Source: Mobula hypostoma (taxonomy: Eukaryota). Taken from it: a stretch of DNA of 64,000 nt. The stretch is from positions 225,930,001-225,994,000 of the forward strand of contig NC_086097.1 in assembly GCF_963921235.1 (NCBI RefSeq), written 5' to 3'. Under the pieces are notes generated by a model. The model had not been told where the DNA came from and did not search any database. It saw nothing but the letters and a program-made list of their open reading frames with translations. The position numbers were made by a program, and so were the translations under genes. The stretch's first letter is position 1. The number at the start of each line of letters is the position of its first letter. Shown one piece after another: positions 1 to 8,996 of this stretch.

Positions 1-596
1 ACTGTATACCACTGTGACACCACCTCTGCTAGGTCTGGCCTATTGGTGAGACAGTACATACCCAGGAAAGTTGATGGTGGAGTTGGGAAAGTTAACTGTA
101 AGATATGATTCTATCAGTACAATTATGTCAGGCTGTGAGACAGCTCTCCCAACTTTGGCACAAGTCCCCAGATGTTAAGAAGGAGGACTTTGCAGGGTCG
201 ACAGGGCTGGTTTGCCGTTCTCGTTTCCGGTGCCTAGGTTGATTCAGGGTTGTCCGTCCGGGTTCATTCCTTATTTTTTTCTTTTTAGCAGTTGGATACG
301 ACTGAATGGCTTGCTAGGCCATTTCAGAGGGCATTTAAGAGTCAACCACACTGCTGTGGGTCTGGAGTCACATTTAGGCCAGACCAGGTAAAGACAGTAG
401 GATTCCTGCTCCTAAAGGACATTAGTGAACCAGGTGGGTTTTTGCAACAAAAAACATAGTTTCACGGTTATCAGATATTTTTATTGAATTAAAATTCATT
501 ATCTGTCATGGTGGGATTCGAACTCACATCCCCGGAGTATAACTGGGTCTCTGGATTACTGATGCAGTGGTAATTACCACTACGCCAAACCTCCCC
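1..596 (-). mobile_element. 5' end of an L2/CR1-group LINE: tRNA-like Pol III head, ~400-nt leader and decayed APE endonuclease N-terminus (runs off the window)
   Basis: The minus strand has A-box TGGCGTAGTGGTAA (587-574) and B-box GTTCGAATCCC (523-513). Positions ~177-1 translate to NIWGLVPKLGELSH, then after a frameshift QPDIIVLIESYLT...FPGYVLSHQ*ARPSRGGVTVVYS, which are APE N-terminal motifs. Confidence 0.75.
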
Positions 597-619
597 GATA
601 TATCTCTGATTCAAATTTG

Positions 620-710
620 TAGTTTTTATTACTATGTATTGCACTATACTGCTGCTGTAAAACAACAAATTTCACAACGTATGTCAACGATATTAAACCT
701 GATTCTGATT
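620..710 (+). mobile_element. Rex1/Babar-type LINE 3' tail fragment
   Basis: TATTGCACT..ACTGCTGC..AACAAATTTCA..AAACCTGATTCTGATT is the same tail that ends the Rex RT-bearing copy at ~46800-46880. Confidence 0.7.
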
Positions 711-890
711 TTGAGGGTGAGGAAGGGGAGAGGGATTCTGTACCTAGAATAGGCCTTTCAGACGTATGCTGAAAAGAGAGGCAGAAGTAGCATGAAGAAG
801 TAAGTAAAGAGTTAAGTTTTGAGAATCTAGATGCAGAAATGTGAAAAGACCAACGGACTTGAATTGAACCTAAAGGCCTGTGCAAGGTGA
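711..890 (+). pseudogene. Possible decayed Myb/SANT-like ORF of a PIF/Harbinger transposon
   Basis: Broken-frame peptides VRKGRGILY, HEEVSKELS and NLKACAR, followed by a GTGAG donor-like site, resemble Harbinger Myb/SANT proteins. The match is very degenerate. Confidence 0.3.
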
Positions 891-1516
891 GAGAGAAGTT
901 CAACTGCCACATCCTACATGTTGCTTACTAGACACACACTGTCTGGTGTGTGTCACATGGTACTGTCTGAGACATACAGCCTCTTCACTAAGCAACAATC
1001 TCTAGCAAACAATTTTGAAAGAAAACATTTTCAGACGGTATACTGCCCCCCAACATCCACATCACCACTCCAAGCTTCACCTCACGTCTCCCAGATTCCA
1101 CATGCTGCCACTTATTCAACCATGATGGCTACATTCAGCAAACATATTGTTGAACACTCACTAACGTGCTTCACGTTTCATTAATGGGCAGGTGGCACAT
1201 GGTTGGCTCACGCTGTGGTCAGGTGTTGATGCCTCTGGTGGGGTGGGTGAAACTGGAAGTATGCAAGAGACCACCAAAATTGACAGCATTCTTGGAGAGC
1301 AGAATCTATCCTCATTTACATCTCTCTTCCTCCTTAATCTTCTGGCTCACAAAATGCAGATGGTGGAAGTGCCCTTCCTCCCTCCCCCCCGCCCCACTTC
1401 CTTCACCACATTATTTCTTTGGAGTTTTTTTTCCATAGAGCTGGAACTACAAATCTGGCAAAAAAAAAAGGTAACGGAACAGCATTGAGAGAGAGCAAAG
1501 GTGAAAACATCTGATG

Positions 1517-1648
1517 AGTCCTGCCGATGGGTTTCGGCCCAAAACCTTGACTGTACTCTTTTCCTAGATGCTGCCTGGCCTGCTGAGTTCCTCCAGCATT
1601 TCGAGTGTGTTGCTCGGATTGCCAGCATCTGCAGATTTTCTCTTGTTT
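1517..1648 (+). mobile_element. Penelope-derived mini-element with a degenerate hammerhead motif
   Basis: AGTC-CTGCCGA-TGGGTTTCGGCCC-AAAA..GACTG followed by GATGCTGCCTGGCCTGCTGAGTTCCTCCAGCA..CATCTGCAGATT, matching the end of the element at 8955-9095. Confidence 0.8.
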
Positions 1649-1904
1649 ATGGAGACAGGCATCACTTGATTTTAATTTGCAAATACAAGTTAAAATTGTA
1701 AGACTTAGTGTGCTATAGAGGTCCCCTTAGAGGTGGGAACCACAGGAGTGATCATGTAAAGGTGAAGAGGAGCCCAGAAGGTAGTTCTTCAGATAGAAGG
1801 GTCATTCATTAACTCTGGTGCCAAGGACTTTCCTGAAGTCTGGTTGGAGCTGCTGACAAGAGAAGATTGATGGTCTTATGCAATGGAACATGGCTTTTGA
1901 GAGC

Positions 1905-2600
1905 AGTTCTGTGACCGAGCCAGGAAAGCTCCAACAACCCACGTTCAATCCAAACCCCTTGTGCTTAATTTGCATCTTCTCCCTGTGACCACGTGGGATC
2001 ACTCCAGATGCTCGAGATTCCTCCCACATCACAAAAATGTGCGGGTTGATAGGTTAATTAGTCACTGCAAATTGCCCCTACTGTGTAGGTGATCAGGTGG
2101 TGGGATTGAGGTGCGTAACTACCAAAGGAGGCGTAAGGCACTCTTTCTCTCCACTAGCCTGCAGGTCACCCATTGGGCAAGGTGTAGCACCTGCTTAGCC
2201 CCCTCATCAGGGTCACGTGAAGTCACTGGAGCAGCTAGTGCATACCATATTTCCTAGTTATGCGACAACTGATGCCAGGCAGGCAATCCTTGAAGAGTAT
2301 TCATTATGGCTGGGCTCACCCATCCTGTAAAGACACTACCCCAGAAGAAGGTAATGGCAAACCACATCTGTAGAAAGATTTGCCAAGAACAGTCATGGTT
2401 ATATATTGGCCACATCATGACACCGCACATAATGATGATGATGGTGATGATGTGCAGGTGATGGATAACATCTAGGGTGTGGTAGTGGTAGTAGGAGGGG
2501 TTGGATAGAATGACTGGAATGTAGGGAGAATAACATAGTTTCACACTAAGCCTGACTTGGTCTAAGTTGGTTTTGATATGGTAAACTTCTTCTATGTTGT
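1905..2600 (+). mobile_element. Old V-SINE/HE1-like SINE split by an insertion
   Basis: V-domain-like TTTGCATCTTCTCCCTGTGACCACGTGGG..TTCCTCCCACATC..AGGTTAATT..AAATTGCCCCTA, homologous to 43013-43298. The SINE resumes after 2462. Confidence 0.7.
2094..2450 (+). mobile_element. Non-autonomous RTE-related retroposon with a Bov-A-like segment and (ATG)n tail
   Basis: 12-bp TSD TGTGTAGGTGAT (2082-2093) / TGTGCAGGTGAT (2451-2462). GAAGAAGGTAATGGCAAACCAC..TTTGCCAAGAA resembles the Bov-A/BovB motif. It ends in a microsatellite tail. Confidence 0.7.
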
Positions 2601-2629
2601 TTGAAACATGACTCTCTGAAACATTTGGT

Positions 2630-3120
2630 AATATTTATTCCAGACAACATGTTCAGAGTATTCGTGAAGAGCATAGAGGGTGTCCAGCAAATTTTGGTAT
2701 ATTGCATGAGATTTGCTGTGTAGATATTGTGATATCCTTGTAGATTGTGTATGGAGTGAGTTCTTGTAAACTAGAAGGCAATCTTTACTCGTCTTTGGAG
2801 CTTAAATTGGTATGGCACAGTAGGATACCATGACACAAAGTATCATCTCCGCTTCCTAGATATCGGATATTGACTACCGTGATGCTTTGTGTGTAATCAT
2901 ACATGAGATGGATATCCAGAGAATGGATTGGTTTATGGCTATGGTACATCTCAAAGTCCAGGTACAACACCACCATTGCAGTGCAACTAGGATATATCAC
3001 TGGTGTCTTTGAGTTAAACTGTGAAGGCTAGGAGTATAAAACTTAACATCAGTTATGACATGAGCAGTCATGGGCAATCTTGTCCTGCCACAACTTTGCA
3101 GTTCAGTTATGCTTGGAGCA
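2630..3120 (+). pseudogene. Possible decayed PIF/Harbinger DDE transposase
   Basis: Remnant motifs occur in colinear order across frameshifts: VDCV (~IDCTH), KLVWH (~QLVCD), RY..RDAL (~RYPGS.HDAF), RYN..ATR, CHNFAV (~LHNFA). Confidence 0.45.
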
Positions 3121-4984
3121 TTGGGCACATTCCCGTGAGAACCTCTTACTGAATTGTATGTGCATCATACACAATTCCTACTGAGGAAGACTGTTCTCAG
3201 AATTCCCTTGTTTGATACAATCCCTTTTCAAGCCATATCAAAAAAATTGGAAGCCTCCTTTCCCTTTTTCTGCCCATATAGCAGCTTGTCTTGTTTTCTT
3301 TGGCCTTTCTTCGTTCTTCCTGGCAGGTGGCTTTCAGGAGAAACGCAACCCATATTTGAAAGCAGCAAGATACTTTAGTTCCCTTGATCTCTTGTAGTCT
3401 AGAACCATTACCTGCTTTACTTGAGTCAACACAAGAGGAATTAGTCAATAGTTATGACACAGGTAAGAAATACAGGTGGAGTCCCTCCCGCAGCCAGGTG
3501 GATGTTAGATACACGTCCACCAAATGAAGGATTGAGCTCCAATTTGGCAGCATTAATAGTTCAGTTGTTAGCTCAAAATTGTATAGAATTGATTTCATAA
3601 TCTGTCAATGCTCCATACTTCTGGCGGACAGTTGTTGACCATGGTGCATGTCATTCAAGTTATAGCGTTACCTCTTTCATTGCAATCAGATACAGAATTG
3701 ACAGTTATACAGCACTGTATTGCCTAAACATCAAGCATTGCACTGAAAAATTGTGTATCTCTTTGGGCTTGAGGTAAAAAATCAGTACAATCCAAATGAT
3801 GCCATGTTATTTAGAACAGGGGAAGCAGAGCTTTGCCTTGAAATGGTTAGCTTATTATTTGTATTATGCTAGACATATCTAGCACTCAAAAATCTTTTCA
3901 AATGACAACGTGAAAATATACACATAGCTCAAGGTGGCCAATAATGACATAATTGAAACCTTCAGTTTTTATAACAATAAATGCTTTTCTCGTTTACACT
4001 TAAGGTTTGCTTGTTTTCTTAATATGTAGCATTTTAAAGATGAGATTATAGTTAAACCAAATGGAAAAGCAATAAAGCAACAAGCAATCTGTGGGCGGGG
4101 GGTGGGGGACTCAGTGGGGAGGGGGGAGGGGGATGGGTGAGGAATCGTTAACATTTTGGGTTAAAACCCCGCATCAGGAAAGTAATAAAGTTTGTTGTTG
4201 CAACTTAGAAATGACAGATATTCTATTAGATCTTCTCTCTAGGGGGAAAAGCATTATGAGTATGATAGTCTTTGTATTCAGCTGAAATTTGCTGCCCTTA
4301 AGTGCTTAGTCTTGTAAATACAAGTATTCTTTACACTTAGAGTATGTGAGAAATCATTAGGATATTTGAGTGTTTCTCCAGATACAAAGACAAGTAGAGC
4401 ACTGGAGAAATCGGCACTCTTCTCATTTTATGACCTGAAAGCCATACAGAAAAAAAGATTTTAACAACCAAATTACTTTTACGAAGCTCTGTTGGTAGCT
4501 GTGATCACTAGCTGCTTCCTAGCTGGGATACCTAATCTGTATTGATGCCTTAGAGATAGTGGGCTATTGATTTTTCCCTGTCTGTAATCTATGACCATAT
4601 CCTCAGCTTTTTAGACATCTGTGGTAATATAAACTAGGTTTTCAGTACAACTTCTATCACCACCACAAACTGTGTTTGAGGAAATCTTTATGAAAGTATG
4701 TAATCTCAGAGAGACATTTAAGAAAGAATAACAACATTGCCAAGCTGTTTTCTAATGTTATAGAGTGATCCTCCACTTATTACAGTGAAGAAGAGTGCGA
4801 GTCATTGTAACACTTTTTTTTATTCGATGACTCTGGAGACAGATAGGCTTTCACGATGCCAATCCTCTTGCAGTTGAAATAAATGGTACAAGTTCACAGC
4901 ATGGAAGTTCAGAATTGGTGTCATAGGGCAACGAAACGGGTGTTATCTGGCTTTGCCTCCAAGAATTTGAAAATATAGTCCTGC

Positions 4985-5210
4985 CATGGATGTATTGATA
5001 GCAAGGCTGACATTCATCATCCATTCCCAGTCCCCTATAAAAGAAATTCAGACCCAGATTTGAGAAGTTTACAGCACCACTCCAGAAAACATTGACATGG
5101 AACTGGAGTCAAATATTTGCACATTTCATTTCCTAAGAAAACACATTTGCAAGCTACTTGGGTTTTTATAACCTAAATGGTCATGGTCACTTTTACTGAT
5201 GGCAGTTGTA
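4985..5210 (-). mobile_element. Degraded SINE related to the leader at 290-510 and the LINE tail at 28597-28660
   Basis: Shares CTGGAGTCA..ATTTCCTAAG..GGGTTTTT..ATGGTCA with the 1-596 leader, and GGATGT..GCAAGGC..CATT with the LINE 3' end. Confidence 0.5.
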
Positions 5211-5374
5211 ATGAAATAACTGACCGCAGCTACCATTTATCTGTATTTTAGTCTTACACTATTACTTATATCATAATATCTGTAGAGAAATACTGTTGTG
5301 CTTATTGTACATTGTCATTGGAAGTCACATGCTCAGAATATTATCAGTGAAAATGGGAATCCTGGTCGATGCTT

Positions 5375-5818
5375 CCTCCAGGAGGGCCACGACCTTGTTG
5401 TAGGGTTTGGAGGCTTGCGTGCCTCAAGGACCCAGAGAGCTACGTTGGCTGGAGTCAGGGTCTTGTGCTTTGCCTCTTGATAGGGTCACCCATGCCAAGC
5501 GGGTCAAAGGGTAGAGGCCAGACTAATAATGGTCCAGTGGTTCTCCATATTCAGGAGTTCTGCTCAGGGCTAACAACCCTGAGTGTCTACAGAAAGAGCA
5601 ATAAAGTATCCTTTTAGATCTGTGGGTGGTGATATTCCTGAGTCTCCACTGGAACCTGCATGCTGACAGTAGTGAAAACTGAGAGGAAGTTACTGGCACA
5701 ATGAAGGAAGCCCTGATTACCACCAAGATCAAGATCAATAAAGAAGATGGCCAAAGACAGACAGAGATGAAGGACCTTCATTGCTGCCCTAAATGCCAGT
5801 GGTGTAGCGGGCAGAAGA
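5375..5818 (+). mobile_element. Bipartite non-autonomous RTE (Rex3/Expander-like): 5' UTR joined to the ORF C-terminus and 3' end
   Basis: 5' part ACCTTGTTGTAGGG..GGCTTGCGTG..GAGCTACGTTG..TAGGGTCACCCATG..GGGCTAACAACCC. The 3' part encodes MAKDRQR*RTFIAALNASGV, a typical RTE C-terminus. Confidence 0.65.
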
Positions 5819-6818
5819 GGGTTGCTGGTGCTAGTGCTGAAGTCATTGCATATTATTTTATAAAAGGTAATGACTCGTTTAGAGTGATAGACTTCATTCT
5901 ACTGAGGTGGCACAGAAAGTCATCTAACAGTTTTAATCTCATTGAAACTGAAAGGCTGTGTCAAGCATTTTACCATGCTACAGTACAATTTTACATGTAA
6001 AAGTACATTGGAAAATTCAAAGACGTGTAAAAATATGCCGTAAAATTGCTACAGAATGTGCTGCAGTATACTCAAGGTATGCTAGTTTTCAGTTTAGATT
6101 ATGTAGTGTTCCAAACAAGTAGATAGTAGTGAAATAGATAAAAACATTCCTTTGGTTTATTTCATGTATTTCTGAGCCTATGTTGCTTTGTTTTTGCATC
6201 TGGGCAGAGAAAAGCACTGACTTATTTTTAATGACACAAATGCTTTATTGTGTGCATACTATTAGTGATACAGTACTTATAAAGCACCAAATCAAGGGAA
6301 ATGCTTGATTCAAAGCATTTTCCTGTAAACTTTTGTTGATAAGAAAATATTTGTTCAGTTAAAACAAGACACAACTGTAGAAACGTCATGGCTGAGTAAA
6401 ATAAATAAATCAAAAGATGCATATGATTGTCATTTAAGTTCAAAGAAAGTGCAAATACTCATTGTGTAACTAGCTGCGCGAGTCATTGCAAAATGCCAAT
6501 GCAAAACAATTCAAAGTGAAAAGGAATTGCAGCAAGAGCTTTTGATGTGCTCAACAAAAAGGTATCTATAACAGACTCTGTCAAAATAGTCTTAGGAATT
6601 CTTTCCAGTTTAAACAGCGAACTTTGTTGTCTAATATTATTCAAACCTCCCAATGCATTACATCTTTTATTCATTTTATTCATTTCCTCCTTCTTGCAGA
6701 TATCTCAGTGTGTATTTAAAATCTGGCATGAAATTACAAAGAGAAACCAAAACCATCATTAATGAATCTAGGTCACATGATTTTTGTTTTCCCTCAAATA
6801 AAGCTTTACAGTCTTAAA

Positions 6819-6943
6819 CACAAGAGATTCCGCAGATGTTAGAAATCCAGAGTAACAGACACAAAATGCTGGAGGAATTCAGCAGATCAGGCAGCAACTA
6901 TGGAAAGGAATAAAGACTCAACGTTTCAGACCGAGACACTTCA
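6819..6943 (-). mobile_element. Penelope-derived 125-bp mini-element
   Basis: Perfect 12-bp TSD TACAGTCTTAAA (6807-6818, 6944-6955). The minus strand begins ATGAAGTGTCTCGGTCTGAAACGTTGA, a partial hammerhead core. Confidence 0.85.
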
Positions 6944-7012
6944 TACAGTCTTAAATTCCTTGAAACAACAACTTGTCATGAGAACTAAGAACAAGTAAAA
7001 TATGTGTGTATC

Positions 7013-7190
7013 ACAAACATAAGGAAATCTAAAGCAGCACACAAAATGCGGGAGGAACTCAGCAGGCCAGGCAGCATCTATGGGAGAGAGTAAACAATCG
7101 AAGTTTTGGGCCGAGACCCTTCATCAGGGCTTTAGCCTTCAGCGTGCCACACAAAAAGTGCTGGAGGGATTCAGCAGATCAGGCAGCATA
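7013..7190 (-). mobile_element. Two adjacent Penelope-derived mini-fragments
   Basis: The minus strand has CTGATGA-AGGGTCTCGGCCC-AAAA at ~7126-7103. A second fragment at 7146-7190 is flanked by CTTTAGCC repeats. Confidence 0.8.
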
Positions 7191-7389
7191 GATCTTTAGC
7201 CTCTTCAGTTTTCTTATTTGAGAATTGAGAGAAGTGTGATACAACTCGCATCATTTTAACAAACCAATGATTCAGCTAGAAAGCATCAATAAATTAGAGT
7301 TAGTTAAAATTTTAATATATTAAAGGATCCAAAAATTTTCACAGAAGCAATTAACATTCATTCCTGAAGTAAAAAGATATTAGTGCAAA

Positions 7390-7660
7390 TTGGGTGAGTT
7401 TTTGGAGTGCTTAGAATAAGGAAGGCAAAGAGTTAGAGGGAGTAGGAGGGTGATTCTAGAGTGCAGAGCTTCTGCTGCTGCAGAAATATCTGTAATTGGT
7501 GGAACAGTCAAATTCAGCACAATGCAAAGGGCCCAGATCTGGGGAGACCAGAGATTCTAGCAGATCAGAATGTTTGATAGAGTTACAAAAGTACAGAGGA
7601 ACATAGTGATGGAGAGATTTAGAAGCAATGATGAAGATTTGCTTATCAAAATGTTGCCCT
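7390..7660 (-). mobile_element. Old L2-like LINE fragment
   Basis: The purine-rich pattern GGAGGGTGATTCTAGAG..GGAGAGATTTAGAAGCAATGATGAAGATTT resembles the antisense of L2 ORF2 3' regions. Confidence 0.4.
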
Positions 7661-7862
7661 ACTACTTTGTGTTGTTGTTTATTCCATGAAACAAGACATG
7701 CAGATGCAAATTCCTCCCCAATGAAGTTGAACAGGTAAGTGAAACTCTGTTCATCATATGAACCAATTTAAGCATTGAAATAAAAATCAGTAAATATCTA
7801 GCAACACACATAAAAGTTGCCGGTGAACGCAGCAGGCCAGGCAGCATCTCTAGGAAGAGGTA

Positions 7863-7903
7863 CAGTTGACGTTTCGGCCGAGACCCTTCGTCAGGACTAA
7901 CTG
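7863..7903 (-). ncRNA. Minimal type I hammerhead ribozyme motif (Penelope-associated)
   Basis: Minus strand CAGTTAGTC-CTGACGA-AGGGTCTCGGCC-GAAA-C-GTC-AACTG has intact CUGANGA, GAAA and NUH, with the palindromic ACGU at stem III. Confidence 0.75.
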
Positions 7904-8227
7904 AAAGAAGAGCTAGTAAGAGATTTGTAAGTGGGAGGGGGAGGGAGAGATCTGAAATGATAGGAGAAGACAGGAGGGGGAGGGATGGAGCCAAGAGCTG
8001 GACAGGTGATTGGCAAAAGGGATATGAGAGGATCATGGGACAGGAGGCCTAGGGAGAAAGAAAAGGGGGAGGGGGGGAAAGCCCAGAGGATGGGCAAGGG
8101 GTATAGTGAGAGGGATGGAGGGAGAAAAAGGAGAGAGAGAAAAAGAATGCGTGTATATAAATAAATAAATAACAGATGGGGTACGAGGGGAAGGTGGGGC
8201 ATTAGCGGAAGTTAGAGAAGTCGATGT

Positions 8228-8580
8228 TCATGTCATCAGGTTGGAGGCTACCCAGATGGAATATAAGATGTTGTCCTCCAACCTGAGTGTGGCTTCACCT
8301 TTACAGTAGAGGAGGCGGTGGATAGACACATCAGAATGGGAATGGGATGTGGAATTAAAATGTGTGGCCACTGGGAGATCCTGCTTTCTCTGGCAGACAA
8401 AGCGTAGGTGTTCAGTGAAACGATCTCCCAGTCTGTGTCGGATCTCGCCAATATATAGAAGGCCACACCGGGAACACCGGACGCAGTATATCACCCTAGC
8501 CAACTCACAGGTGAAGTGTTGCCTCACCTGGAAGGACTGTCTGGGGTCCTGAATGGTGGTGAGGAAGGAAGTGTAAGGGT
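8228..8580 (-). pseudogene. GIY-YIG endonuclease C-terminal fragment of the Penelope-like ORF
   Basis: FTCELARVIYCVRCSRCGLLYIGEIRHRLGDRFTEH..PVATHF contains the VIY..CxxC..YIGE motif of PLE endonucleases. Confidence 0.92.
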
Positions 8581-8954
8581 ATGTCAGGGTGGGAAGAGGA
8601 ATAGTCCATGCAAGAGACAGGGTGATGGCATGAACATTCACTTCTCAAACTTCCACTAATGCCCCACCTCCCCCTCGTACCCCATCTGTTATTTATTTAT
8701 ATACACACATTCTTTTTCTCTCTCTCCTTTTTCTCCCTCTGTCCCTCTCACTATACCCCTTGCCCATCTTCTGGGTTTCCCCCCCCCTCCCCCCTTTCTT
8801 TCTCCCTGGGCCTCCTGTCCCATGATCCTCTCATATCCCCTTTGCCAATCACCTGTCCAGCTCTTGGCTCCATCCTTCCCCCTCCTGTCTTCTCCTATCA
8901 TTTTGGATCTCCCCCTCCCCCTCCCACTTTCAAATCTCTTACTAGCTCTTCTTT

Positions 8955-8996
8955 CAGTTAGTCCTGACGAAGGGTCTCAGCCTGAAATGTCGACTG
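8955..8996 (+). ncRNA. Minimal hammerhead motif, inverted-arm copy (stem III altered)
   Basis: CAGTTAGTC-CTGACGA-AGGGTCTCAGCCT-GAAA-T-GTC-GACTG. Confidence 0.6.

Noticed and set aside
505..596. tRNA gene (also 20960-21048 and 43013-43090)
   Set aside because: A and B boxes are present, but there is no full cloverleaf and each runs into a SINE or LINE body.
1505..1520. Extra CTGATGAG upstream of the 1517 element as a second hammerhead core
   Set aside because: No matching GAAA or stems could be built around it.
7700..7740. Consensus splice donor CAG|GTAAGT suggesting a micro-exon
   Set aside because: There is no convincing acceptor or recognisable peptide, and such motifs occur by chance.
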